Shown: piece after piece, positions 11,294 through 24,607 of the stretch | Layout: every line of letters starts with the position of its first letter | How positions within the stretch are numbered: position 1 is the first letter of the stretch | Origin: Nemertoderma westbladi | Lineage: Eukaryota > Animalia > Xenacoelomorpha | Direction: 5' to 3' | Assembly (NCBI GenBank): GCA_032718475.1 | Contig: JAUCBJ010007163.1 | Location: forward strand, 39,084-103,083 | DNA: 64,000 nt | Translations under genes and position numbers: made by a program | Notes under the pieces: model-generated | What the model saw: the letters and a program-made list of their open reading frames with translations, nothing else | The model's database searches: none | Told to the model about the DNA's origin: nothing

Positions 11294-14200
11294 TGATACT
11301 AAGCAGAACCTGTCAGACAGTATATTAGATGTAACTATCTGCGACTCAGATAGGGGTGTGGAACCGTCTAGATCTAAGTTCAGTTCACCTCCTACTGTGA
11401 GGAAGGTCATCCCTCCTATAGTAATATCAGACCCTAGGCTAATCCAACACCGTAGGTCTATCATCGGTACTCGGGCCCAAGTTAAGCGGGATCAAGAAGC
11501 AGCTGTCAAACAGCAGCAACCTCCTAGCCAAGAACCTAGTTCTCAGCGGCCCGAGAGCTCCAGTAATTCGGATACTGTTGAGCTAACGCCCGAACGCGGA
11601 GCGAAGATAGCGGATACGGTTTATTCGGATCCCCTTCTCATCCTTCCTGCAGCCGTACTCGCTGGGGTATTGATTGCGGTAGAGGAACACCAGATTGATT
11701 GGGCGAGATATAAACAAACGACCAAGGACAGTTATGCGGGATATACACGGGAAGAATTGAAGTCTATTGTCGAGTCGCAATGGAGCTTTCCCGGACCCGG
11801 ACTACCGTTTGACTTATCGGAAGCTGCTTGGGAAGACATACACAGGATGGGAGTAACAAAGGAAACCATCGATCCAGCTGTATGGAAGAGGTCAGCAGCC
11901 GGATACGTGCAGGGATTCTTCAGCTCTATGGAGCGATTAGAAGAACAACTGTTTAGACAACCACAAGGACCTCAAGAGCAGGGAGAGCTGCTTTATCAAG
12001 TTAGAGAAAGAATTCTAAGAATCAGACTAATCTTATCTGCCTTTGAGGAGGCTTCGAAAAGAAAGCAAGACACGTCGTTGCAAGTTGCCGTAAAGACTTG
12101 GTTACAGCGGGTGAGTCTCCAAGTTCAAAGAGCTGCCCCATGGAAATCGCAGTTAGATGAGCGCTCAACACTTGGAGAATCCACAGACGCTACCTTTTCC
12201 CAAGTGGAAAGTGAAGCGACAGCAGAGAAACCACATAAGAGGGATGCTATTGACATCTATCTGTCAGACTATCAACGTTTTGTAGGGGACGAAGAGTTGA
12301 GAAGACGGCTGGATGGACTTAGCCCTAATAGTGAAGGAGCCAAGCTTGTGTTGGACGCAATCGATGCGGATAGGTTAGCTGCGAACCAAGCTAAATTTGA
12401 TGAACAACTCCGCATCACTAGAGTACAAGAAGAACAAGTAAAGAAAAAACGTATAGAAGACAGAAAGAAAGCGGCAGTAGCAGCGGCAGAGGCAGAAGCG
12501 GAAAGAAAAGCAGCCGAAGTGGAAAGAAAAGCAGCAGAGGCAGAAGCAGAATGGAGAGCAGCTGAAGAGACCACCCAACTAGAGTTGGAAAATCTCCAAG
12601 AGAGGCAAGACAACATCAATAAACAATTAACAGCTAGTAATATGCAGATGATGAATCGATCTACTTCCAAAAGACAGGGATATACATCATCTGAGGAAGG
12701 CGATACCACCGATGCTGAAGGCGGAGGAAATAGATCTCGTCTAAGCAGACGTAGAAGAACATCTCACCGTCAGAAATTGCCTGATTTGCCCCCAGCTGTT
12801 AAAAGACAACTAACTAGCGCAGGCTTAGGTAGTACAGAACCCACAGACCAAATAATTAAAAGAGAAAGACTCCCTACTATAGTAAATGAGCCTGAAATAA
12901 TTAGGCCTGTTCTTGAAATCACCCCTTCGGTGATAGAGACACCTGTGCTCCCTGAACCTACCTTTAAATTCCCTTTACACAGCACCAAATTATCCTTGCC
13001 TAGAGGAGCAGCCCCTGAAACAGTGTCGGTCCTGGACTCCGAGCGAAATATAAAAGATATATCGCCCGTAGTCCCTTGTCTGCCCGCTACGACGTTGGGG
13101 GATCCCGCTTCGGCGGTTGATTGGGTAGACGAGAGACGGCGGGGGATGGACATTCTCCTCGGAGAGATGAAGGAGAATCGAGTGCGCTCCTCCCAACAGG
13201 TCCGAGAGTTAGAAGGGACTGTTCAACATTTAAAGGGAACCGTAAAGGAAAGTAGGTTAGAGTTGCAAGAAGTGCAGCAAAGTATCGCGCTAGAACGCGA
13301 TAAATTAGTAAATTTACAAAAGGGTATACCACCACCCTCTGTAACAATGTGTCAGCCCGTTAGGTCTGAAGTATCTCATGCGCAAGGTGTGGAGCCTACA
13401 CGCATCTATACTGCTAGCGAAGTGGAAACTCCTATAGTAAACCCTATTAAGAGTAATTATAAACCTGTTGACAATGATATCCCATATAGACTTGATAATA
13501 ATCCGAGAAATTTATATACCGATAACTCGATATTAAATAACACGATGGCCCAAGAAAATTTCACGCGTCAAATGGCTAGAACCGAAGCCCGTCAAGCGGT
13601 AAAGGTGGGAGAGATCGCCAAGTTCAATGGAGATGAGATGAAATGGTTACCTTTTAATGAATATTATAAAGATAACATACAGAACTCTGTGTTGTCTAAT
13701 GGAGAGAAACTTAGATTCCTCATCGAGTGCTTGGAAGGATCTCCCAAGTCAATGGCGTTAAAGTTTATTGGACATCCAGACGGATTAAGACAAGTTTGGG
13801 ATACACTAAACATCAGGTATGGTAATAGGAATAACATAGCTAAATATTTGTATGCAAAATTAGTAGCGCCCCGAAAGTTCATTAGCAGCGGGATAATACA
13901 GTTTTCCGATGAGATTCAAGAGATCTGTAGACAATTAGATTGGCTAGGTAAGTCTCATGAGTATCAGAGTTCTATGGTTATTGGAGCTGTGGCTTCTACT
14001 TTACCGAAGGGTGGAGTAGGTACACGATGGGATAAGAAAGTGTTATATATGATGGAACAACAACGACGAGACCCTACCATGGCTGATCTCATGTCATTCT
14101 TGGATGGAGAAGTGAAATTACAACTCCTAAAGCAGTCCAGAGAGAAGACACCGGAAAACAAGATAAGTGAGAAACCCGTTTCTAGGAGAAAGGTAACACC

Positions 14201-15122
14201 AGTGTGTTATACCGACGACGGCGAAAGCCAGACTTCTCAAGGAGAGGACAGCGGGAAAGACACTGAAAGATCTTATTATGTCAATAAAACGCCGAAAGAT
14301 CAGGTAAGTAAATTCAAGTCTCGAACCAATGACAGGAGAGAACCGTTAAGAAAAACTCCTCCTACGTCTCCTAAGAGAATTCAGGTAAGAAAGCCCGAAG
14401 AAAGAACGAGTGTGCACAATGTTATTCAAAACAAGGTAAGTAACATCAAACTGAAATGTGTGCTATGTGACGGGACCCACCGTTTGAATATGTGTGATGA
14501 ATTCCTAAAGAAATCATTAACGGAGAGATGAGAAGTCATGTGGGATAAGCGGTTGTGTTATAATTGCCTCAGACAAGGACACCAACAGCGAACCTGTTAC
14601 TCTGACACGAGGTGTGCAAAGTGCGGTGCAAAGCATCATATCTTGTTTCACACTGAATTCGAGCGAAACAGCCAGGGTCAGGTGAGTGATTCCGAATTAC
14701 ATGTCCAATTCAGTGATGTGAACGACACTGACCAAAGTTCTGAGATGGAAGGATTCTATACGGACGAGTTCTCCGACGAAAACGAATCCTGTTACATGAT
14801 AAATACCGCAGTGTATCAAGCACTCATGTATGAAAAAGACCCAGACAGCGACCTCACCCTAACTACTTCTGATCAACAACCATCTTGGAAAGCGCCAACT
14901 TCCAATGTAGGGATCCGAGAATTTCCTGTAGTCCAGTTACGGGTCCACGGACCTCAAAGGAGTTATATAGTAAATGCCCTCCTTGACTCCGGTAGCACAG
15001 GAACATTCATCGACAAAGAACTAGCCGAGGACATCTTTGCTGGACAACCCAAATACCGAACTAAGCTAAACATGTCAGGAATAATGCAGGTTTGGAAATC
15101 TACAGTAATAGCGGATTATTAC
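11289..15122 (+). pseudogene. BEL/Pao gag-protease part of the polyprotein. Nonsense codon at 14529-14531; interrupted by a LINE at 15123.
   Basis: DUF1759-like KFNGDEMKWLPF...LSNGEKLRFLIECLEG, three BEL-type Cys/His motifs (CVLCDGTHRLNMC, CYNCLRQGHQQRTC, CAKCGAKHHILFH) and protease ALLDSGS. The TGA at 14529 is in frame with ORF 14538, probably CGA>TGA. Confidence 0.92.
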
Positions 15123-15126
15123 GTAG

Positions 15127-18100
15127 GTGCGTTGTCCACACTCTTATGTCTCCTCTCCACGATCTAGAGGCCTAATCGCTAAACTCTGTCTTCTGTCTCT
15201 GGCTGGGGATATTGAGACCAACCCAGGACCCAGCAGGACGCGGGCCCCGAAGATCAACTGTCCCGTCTGTCAACGAGGAACAAACTCTCGGAGTAAGATC
15301 GTCCAATGCGAGAGTTGTGACACATTTGTACATTTAAAATGTTACCGTAGGAAACGCAGTAATTTATTCTCCACCAGAAACAATCTTGAACCAAGTTTTC
15401 TCTGCAATAGCTGTATTTTTACCGAACTTCCCTTTCATGATACAATTTTAGAATCAGAAACCGACGATTCATTTCTCACATCGCCTCTACAAACTCCAAG
15501 TGATGCTGAGAGTGAAACTTTTAATTTTTTTAAGAAAAAAGGTCTGCATTTTTTGCATTTAAACGCACGATCTCTGCTTCCAAAACTTTCCGAAATTCGT
15601 ATTTTAATCAATAAATCCAACCCAGCAGTTTTAACAATCTCTGAAACTTGGCTCGATGATAGTGTTTCTGATGGAGAAATTTATATTGATAATTACGTAG
15701 TTTTACGTAAGGATAGGGACAGACACGGTGGTGGTGTCTGTACTTACATTCGATGTGATTTAGCTTTTAATAGTAGGGAAGATTTAGAGACTTGTGACGA
15801 AGTTTTACTGGTGGAACTTTTACTTCCTAAAACTAAACCTATTTTAATCGGTACTTTATATCGGCCCCCTAAACAATCAGATTTTTTGCAAAATTTTGAA
15901 AAAACAATTTTATGTAATCTTAGGTCAGACTGTGAAATATATTTCTTAGGTGATTTTAATATCTGTTACCATCACAAAGCATCCCCCATCTGTAAACAGT
16001 ACCAAAGTATTTTAAATTTGTTTGGTTTAAAACAAATTATTCGAGATTCTACCAGAATTACCAGTAAAACTTCTACTTTACTAGATCACATCCTTTGTAA
16101 TAATACCGATATTATTTCTCAATCTGGGGTTTTACCTATAGGTCTAAGCGATCATATTATAGTTTTTTGCACAAGAAAGACACAAAAATCTTTTTTCGGG
16201 GATCATAAAACAGTAACAGTTAGGTCTATGAAAAATTACAGCAAGGAACGCTTTTTAAGTTTGTTAGTTAATTCTGACTGGGAACCCTGTTTTAAGGCCG
16301 CTGACATTAACCTTGCGTACACTGTTTTTAAAGATATTTTTAAAGGCACTTAATACTGTAGCACCAATTAAAGAAATTAGTCTTAAACAACGCACTGAGC
16401 CCTGGATGACCTCGGGTATTCTTAGTAATATCAGAGAAAGAGATAACTATTTGTATAAATTTAGGAAATACCGTGTTTTAGCTGATTATAATAATTACTG
16501 CAAATATAGAAACCTTGTCCAACGGGAAATAAAAAAAGCTAAATCTGAATATTTGTACAACAAAATAAGTGAGAATAAAGATAATCCTAAAAGTCTATGG
16601 TCTACCCTAAAATCTTTAGGTTATAAAAACCTTAAATCTAAATCGAATATTGTTCTGCAAGATAACGGTGAGCTGATTCATGATCATACTCTAGTTAGTA
16701 ATTTATTTAATAATTATTTTACTAATGTTGCCTCTAATTTAGTTAAGAAGTTACCGTTATCAAGTAATAAATATAGTATAGGGTCCGAAACTCTAAACAA
16801 TTTTTATTTAGAAAAGTTACAAAATTCAGAAAAGTTATTTTTAAAACCCGTTTCTGAGGATTTCGTTTTTAAAAATCTACTTAGCCTATCAGCCTCAAAA
16901 AGTACCGGTCTAGACCTAATACCTGCCCGTTTTCTTAAGGATGGTGCTGAAGTACTTAAAGTGCCTATTACTTTTATTATTAATTACTCTATCGTAGATA
17001 ATGTAGTACCAGACGAACTGAAATTAGCTAAGGTTGTTCCTCTGTATAAAAATAATAGTAAAGTAGAACCCTGTAATTACAGACCTGTTAGTATCTTAAG
17101 TATTGTATCTAAAATTTTAGAACGTTCTGTTTTTCTACAGCTGGAGGCACATCTTAGTAGGCTAAATCTGATCTATGAACTTCAGTCCGGTTTTCGTAAA
17201 TCATATTCTACAGACACCTGCCTTATTAACTTAACTGATACAATTAGATGTAATAATGCAAAGGGTTTATATACTGGTATGGTAATGTTGGACCTACAAA
17301 AGGCTTTCGATACTGTAGATCACGAAATTCTGCTTGGTAAGTTAGGCCTGATGGGTGTAGGTTCTATAGACTGGTTCAAGTCCTACCTGTCAGACAGAGG
17401 TCAAACTGTAGTCATTAGCAAATCGCAGTCTACTGTACAAGAGATTACCTGTGGTGTACCGCAAGGTAGTATATTAGGTCCTCTGCTTTTTGTATGCTAT
17501 GTAAATGATATGATAAGTAGTATAGGTCCCGATTTTAAACTCATTTTATATGCCGACGACAGTGCTCTTATTTTCTCTCATAAAGATCCTATCCATATTT
17601 CCCAAAAGTTAAGTGCAGTTCTAGAATCCTGTAATGAGTGGTTGGTTGATAATAAGCTATCCATTCACTACGGTAAGACTGAAAGTATTTTGTTTGGTTC
17701 CAAAAGAAAGTTAAAGAAGGTAACTAAGTTTGAAGTCACTAGTAATGGACATAAGATTGAAAATAAAAAGGAAGTTAAATATTTAGGCGCCACATTGGAT
17801 AACTGCTTATCAGGAGAAAGCATAGTGAAAAATATTTTCTCGAAAGTTAACAGTAGGCTTAGGTTTCTATACAGAAATAAAAATAGTTTAAACACCGACT
17901 CCCGCAAGTTACTTTGCTCTTCTTTAATACAGTGTCACATGGACTATGCGTGCTCTTCTTGGTATGAAGGCTTAACCAAACAGCTTAAATGTAAATTACA
18001 AGTAGCTCAGAATAAAGTAGTACGATTTATTAAAGACTACAAACCTAGGCACCACCTAACTCCAGATGACTTTTCTGAATCTGGACTACTTAACTTAGAT

Positions 18101-18418
18101 AGTAGAGTTAAGCAGCTACGCCTTAACCATGTGCATAAAGTGTATAATGGTAAATGTCCCAATTACCTAAAACAAAAATTCAACAGAGTACGCGATACAC
18201 ACTCTTACAGTACCAGAGCTAGTGCTTCAAACTTCTACCTCCCGAATTGTAAATCCTTTGAATCTGATACTTTCTTTTTTAACGGTATTAAAAATTGGAA
18301 CGCTCTGCCTAATGAAATTAAAAACCTAGATAATCAACATTCTTTTAAATCTGCAGTTAAATCTCATCTCCGTGTGCAATGTAAAAATAGGTACAATAGT
18401 CCTACAGTAAGTTATTAG
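15127..18418 (+). pseudogene. LINE ORF2 (2A-PHD-APE-RT), split by a 1-bp frameshift into ORFs 15127-16353 and 16313-18418
   Basis: Overlapping ORFs carry consecutive APE and RT domains. Confidence 0.9.
15172..15231 (+). other. 2A-like StopGo peptide (LIAKLCLLSLAGDIETNPG/P)
   Basis: Exact D(V/I)ExNPGP consensus preceded by a hydrophobic tract. Confidence 0.85.
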
Positions 18419-18738
18419 TTTATTAATTATTTACTATTTATACTGTAATTACGTTTTATAATAAATTGTTCTGTACATTACATCTTTATCGTTGAGTCGG
18501 GCATTGTCACGCTCTCGGTAAAGTTGTACATGTACATAGTGTAATTACGTTTTATATTGGTTTTAGGTTAGCGTAGTGTAATATTGTATTTGTAACCAAA
18601 TAACATAAAGGACCCCCTTGGAAATAAGCTGCAAAGCTTTAGGGGTAATCCTATATGTTATGTTGGACAATACCTTTATACCGGTACATTGTTTGGTGTA
18701 TTTGTTATTGTTTTTACATAATGTATAAATAAATCTAT

Positions 18739-21700
18739 CTAACCACACCCCAGGATGAACTAGGAGAACATAGTATAAGGTCAGTAAAAATGGTGGCGAT
18801 AAAGAACTTCGCTACCAGCCAAGTGGAACCTTATAACTGGGATGAGGACGATTTCACCCAGCACCTTAAAATACCTAGATTCAACACCGATTACCCTGGA
18901 GTGCAAATACTCATCGGTCAAAACGCGCATGAAGCGCTCGAGACATTGGAGAAACGGCCCGCTCAGCCGCAACCATTACAAGCTTATGCGGGAAGAACCA
19001 GAGTGGGTTGGTACTTTACTGGCCCTTCCCGTAGAACTCTCATGGAAAGATTACCGAAAGATCAGGTATATCAAGTACGAGAATGGGAAGTTGAGAACAG
19101 TGAGTTAGACGATCCAACTGAGGGAACTCCATACTCCTCAGACAACGACGATATACACCAACTCTTCGATGAGGAGAATACAATAGATCTCCTTACGGAA
19201 AACGAGACTTGGCAAAACCAAGTAAACTTATGTCAGCTCATTCGTCCATCGGAACGAGACGACTATAATGACGAACTGAATGACGTCATTGAACGTTATA
19301 ATGCCAAAACTCGGGATGAACACGCCGTACGATTCTTTACTCAAGAGGCTGTAGAGCCCAATTCGTACGATAAGGCCCTATCGGTAGAAGAAGAAAGAGC
19401 CAAGCAGATCCAAGAGACAACTACCCGTTTTCTGAAAGATCAAGGTAGATATGAAATCGGTTTACCTTTCCGAAAGCGAGAACCAAAGTTCATCAACAAC
19501 AGACCCTTGGCGGAGAAAAGAATTGCTCAACTACATCGACGCCTTACGGCAAATTCTTCAGCTAAAGAAATGTATCAAACGCAGTTGAAGAAATTCATTA
19601 GCAAGGGATATGCGGAGCGAGTACCGGAAGAAACACCTATAACTGAGAGAACGTATTATTTAACTCACCATTACGTTCCCAAACCCGGTAAACCTCACGA
19701 GGTACGAGTAGTGTTTGACGGCTCCGCCCTCTACATGGGCCAATCCCTTAATTCCGAATTGTTACCCGGACCCAACTTACTCCAATCCTTGTTGGGAATA
19801 CTTTTAAGATTAAGACAATATTCAGTTGCTTTCGCCTCAGATATAGAAGGCATGTTCTTACAAGTCAAGGCACTGGATAGGGATCGAGATAGCCTACGAT
19901 TTCTGTGGTGGCCTGAAGGAGACCTCAACCAGAAACCGGTGGAGTACTGGCTGACCATCCAGGCTTTTGGAATAATCTCAAGCCCTTCAAACGCCTGTTC
20001 AGTGGTGCGCACCACTGCGGATGACAATCGGGAAGCCTTCTCTAAAGAGGTGATCGACAATATCAAACGAGACATATACATGGACGATAATCTAAAGTCC
20101 CTTCCATCAGTCGAAGAAGCCATTGATGTCGCTAAAGGAACGGTAGAGTGTTTAAAAGGAGGTGGATTTCGATTAACTAAATTCACCAGCAACTCCCGTG
20201 AGTTTCTGGAATCGATCCCGGTGGAAGATCGAGGAACTAAAGACTTAGACCTAATCAAAGATGATCTTCCAGAAACCAAGACACTTGGTTTGAAATGGGA
20301 CACCGAGAGGGATATCCTGTTTTTCCAGCTAAAACAGCGAGATAATCCAGTTCGAACTAAACGGATTTGTTTAAGTATCCTGAGCACTTATTTCGATCTA
20401 TTGGGATTTATTAGCCCAGTTATATTAATTGCTCGGAGTTTAGTACAACAAATGTGGCTAGAAAACCACTCATGGGACGATCCACTTAAGGGAGAATTAT
20501 TAAAGAAGTGGATGAAATGGGAAGATTCTTTACCAGCCATCGAGAACTTTATAATTTCCCGTTCATATTTTGGTCATGTTCTCCCTATGTATTCCTATCA
20601 ACTCCATGTGTTTGGAGACGCCAGCGATATGGGAATAGGTATAGTAGCCTACCTAAGAGTGGAAACTCCAGACGGAATCAAGGTTGCCTTGGTTACCTCT
20701 AAGGCATTGATAAACAACAAGTTGAAGGTTCCTCGAGCGGAGTTAAAAGCGGCTCTATACGCTACAGCCATCGGTCGGAATGTAACGGAACAGATCGATT
20801 ATCCATTGGAGAAAACTGTCTATTGGACCGACGCTTTACTCGTGTTGGAGTATATAACCAATGAAGTCTGTCAGTTCAGCGTCTTCGTTACCAACAGAGT
20901 AGCCATTATACTTAGTCGCACGACGATGGTCCAATGGAGACATTGCCCCGGAACGATCAATCCAGCCGACATCTCCACAAGAGAGGGAGCAACTCCACAA
21001 GAACTGGTAGATACTTCAGACTGGTTAGGTGGACCCGACTTCCTGTACAAAGAAGAAGAAGAATGGCCTCCTCATCTTACTACAGCAGAGATTAGACAGG
21101 CCAAGGGAGTGGAGAAAGTTAAACCTAAAACTCGGGCGAGTAAATCGAAGTTATTTAAACCTATGGTAGACCTGTCCGTACTATATACTTCCGGAGACGA
21201 CGCTTTGGATCAGAAACCCACAGCCGCAAACAAGCAGGTTATGGAAATCCGTGAGAAGGATTGGAAATCTGGAATACCAGACGTTTCGCAAGGACTTTCA
21301 CCTCTCCTGCAGAGAGCAATACATCACTACAGTTCCTGGAATCGGCTCTGTAAAGCCGTAACATATTTAAAACGATGTTTTCATCATCACTACTCCGGGA
21401 AGAAGACCAATAGTGATACAGCTCCACTGACATCGGTGCAAGTCCATGTTGTTAAAGATCTTCCCAAATATAAGATATCCGACAGGTTTCTGAAGGAGAA
21501 GATCAGTTATCAGGAGCATGAAGAAACCAAAAAACAGATGCTGAGACTCCTGCAATGCTATGAGGATTCCAATAAGTATTTCCTGTTGTTGAGAAATCCA
21601 CAGATGCGCTTAAGGGATCGTTTCTCTAGCACAATGATAGATGGGTTGATACGTGTTGGAGGAAGATTAACGAATTATCCTTTGACACTAAGTTTCCCAT

Positions 21701-22964
21701 ACTCATTAGAAATCTTGAAATACAAGTCAAGATGATTGTAGATGTTCACAGCAAACTTTATCATGCTGGTAGAGAATGAGTTCTTAGCGAAATTCGAACT
21801 CGCTATTATTTCTACAAACCCCGTAGAGCTCTGAACCAAGTTCTTAGGAACTGCATACCCTGTAGGAAAGCGTTCAGTAGGCCTTTAACACAGCGAGAGG
21901 CAGAATTACCTAGGGAACGAGTAAGCTTCTATGAACCACCCTTTACTAATACCGGTGTAGATTTATTTGGCCCTATTGAAGTGTATCGTGCTAGAACTAT
22001 AGTCAAGAGATGGTGTGTCATCTTTGTTTGTATGACTTGTAGAGCTATCCATCTCGATATGGTGAACGACTTGTCTACCAACAGCTTCCTATTAAACTTA
22101 CGACGACAGATCGCTCGCTTTGGAACTAGTAACACAATGAGATCTGATAAGGGAACGAACTTCATTGGTTGCCAACAATGAAATCAAAGCTTACGTCAAG
22201 GATTGGAACCAAAGACAGGTGGATGATCAGCTAAGAGTAACAGCGTCTAGCTGGACCTTCAACGCCGCCGACGCCCCTTGGTGGGGAGGAAGTTGGGAGA
22301 GATTGATTAGAAGTGTGAAGGCCGCAATTCACTTTATAGTGCCGTGCCGTGCCGCGCGTATCTCACCGACGAACTTTTGCGGACGTTAATGGAGGAAATC
22401 GCCACCTATCTCAATGAGAGACCGCTTATGCCAGTCTCATCGAGTCCCGATTCCCTGGAAGCGCTAACACCCGCGCATTTCCTACTGAAGAAACCTGTAG
22501 CCATGCTCCCACAATCGGAAATCACAGACGGAGACGAATACTGCCGGCAAACTTGGCAACTTATGCAGTTGTTATCCCGTCGTTTCGCTGACCATTTCGA
22601 GAAACATTATCTGCCCACGCTACAACTTCGAACTAAGTGGTTTGCGCAGCAAGAAAACGTCAGCGCTGGAGACATGGTCCTTATTGTAGATTCAGATCTT
22701 CCACGTAAGCGGTGGCAGACAGGTCGTATCATCGAGACTCACATCTCGGATGACGGTTTGGTGCGATCGGTAGAACTCGTCGTCATGCGACGTAACTTCA
22801 AGAAACCGGGAATTGTCTTTGAGACACAGCAGCTCAATCGCCCAGTTGGTCGTTTGTGTTTACTGGAAAGAGACAGAGAACTCTCCGGAAACTATGGAAG
22901 ACAAGATACTCTTCCCACGACCACCTCCCTAATCCAACAAACATCTAGGGACTCCCCAGCTTAG
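18739..22964 (+). pseudogene. BEL/Pao pol (RT, RNase H, integrase) with a few frameshifts and stops in the integrase
   Basis: VRVVFDGS, SLNSELLPGPNL, SDIEGMFLQV, YMDD (RT); HVFGDASD, PRAELKAA, NPADIS (RNase H); H...H...CIPC, TGVDLFGP, SDKGTNF, PWWGGSWERL, LTPAHFL (integrase). Confidence 0.93.
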
Positions 22965-23083
22965 TAGCATCTGGAGTGGGTGTGTGACCATATTATTTTA
23001 TATTCTTATTATTTTATACTTATGTATGCATTATTATGTAATTTTATTCTAATCGTTTTATTTAATTTTATTTAGTAGAATGT

Positions 23084-24605
23084 TATTTAGCGATTATTTA
23101 GTAGATTAGTGCAATATATATTCGCGTTTATTAATTTATTACTTATATATTATATATTTAGTGCGACGGCGAGAAATAATTCTTTTTTCTCTTTCCTTAC
23201 TGTCCGTATTACATTACAAATATGTAACTACAGTAAGATGAAATGTCCGTACTTATTAAAGTACAATAAAGCTCCTACTATATTCAAGTATTATTGGTAG
23301 GCAGAGTATTAGGAATGCAAAGTTCAGATCCTCGTGTCTCGGCTAAACCAAGCTCTGGGTAGACCTTGGAAACGACTTGCCTCTTCACACTGACATTGCT
23401 TCGTGCGATATTGCTCTCATACCGTATATTAAATAATACATATAGTAGCGTGATGTCCCTTTAACAGTAGCGTATAACGCAAAATAAATCTGTTAAACCC
23501 TTTGACCATCTGCAATTCTAGTCGATTAAGATATCGCGGCACCCACCGATATACTTGAAAGACAAATTTCTAGAATCAGTGGTTAACGTCCCCAGACAAG
23601 TTCTGGAATAAACTGGTGCCCATCCTAAATATTAATTATTAATATTTACAAAATCTGTCAAAATTTAGATCCTTTGAAATTCTAGTCGATTAAGATATCG
23701 TAGCACTTACCGATACTCTTAAAAAAGACAAATTTCCTAGAATCAAGGATCCCAGTCCCCAGACATGTTCTGGAATAAAATTGTGTCTATTTAACATTAA
23801 ATAATAAAATTTACGGGAATAAATTTAAATTCATATTTTAATGAATTCCATAAATTGTCATTTTGTACAATTTATAACATTCCCAAAATTCCTTTAATTA
23901 ATAGATCATGGGAGCGGAGATTCACCCTATTAAGTGTATTAGTGTGCGAGAATCTCCAATATAAAGTCAATAGCCGATAAAATTCATAAAATCATATATA
24001 AAGAGGATATTGGCCATTAAAGACTTACTATTAATTAGCATCCCAGATCTGTATGCATGAGAATTACCCTAATTCTACCGCTAGCTTTCCATAATGTCAC
24101 CATGGCAACAACCACGCTAGAATTAGAAGTGAGTTAAAAAGAACAATAGAAGGCTTGCCCCATTGCATGGCATAAGGAATAAATAGCGCACTGTTAGTAT
24201 CCAAGGATACATAATAATAAAGTGACATTCTGGAAGGCACTGACTAACGGACAAATGGCCCGAATGTGTACCGTTTGTAACAGTTGTGTTGAATTTGTGC
24301 GTTTATAGGTGAATGTTGCTACTAATGTGTGTTTACAGTAGCGAGTCGCAATTGTGAAAGTAGCCCTAACTCTCCAGAAAGAACCTGAAGTACATCTAAG
24401 CCTTTGGGACGGACAGTGGAGTGACTTGTGCCGGTTATCGTTGTCATTGTCTAGCTACATCGTTGGCGAAAACACAGCGACGACGGTACATCGGCGCTGA
24501 GGATCTTACACTGTCCGGGGGCAAAAGAGGGGTAGGCAGCGACGCCCGCTAGCCTAAAATATAAACTCATTATAATATTGATAGACTCATATAGCAGATA
24601 TGACT
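23084..24605 (+). repeat. Leader module B, copy 1 (about 1.5 kb), ending in ATG at 24600
   Basis: Colinear with 24608-26175, for example GTTCAGATCCTCGTGTCTCGGCTAAACCAAGCTCTGGGTAGACCTTGGAAACG and GACTAACGGACAAATGGCCCGAATGTGTAC. Contains an internally duplicated hairpin domain. Confidence 0.9.
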
Positions 24606-24607
24606 TA

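Larger units (their letters stand above)
15123..18738 (+). mobile_element. 5'-truncated CR1-group (Crack/L2-like) LINE inserted in the BEL protease region
   Basis: 2A-like GDIETNPGP, PHD finger, APE (HLNARSL, ISETWL, GDFN, SDH), RT ([18 protein letters not shown]), one frameshift near 16340, 3' UTR stem-loop, AATAAATCT end. Removing 15123-18738 restores the BEL frame (...IADYY-LTTPQDE...). Confidence 0.93.

Noticed and set aside
14529-14531. Programmed gag/pol readthrough in the BEL element
   Set aside because: The stop falls between zinc knuckles, BEL elements usually have one ORF and CGA>TGA decay is the simpler explanation.
22973-23083. PPT and start of a 3' LTR for the BEL element
   Set aside because: GGAGTGGG-TG resembles a PPT/LTR junction, but the following sequence has no match at the 5' side within this window, so no LTR was called.
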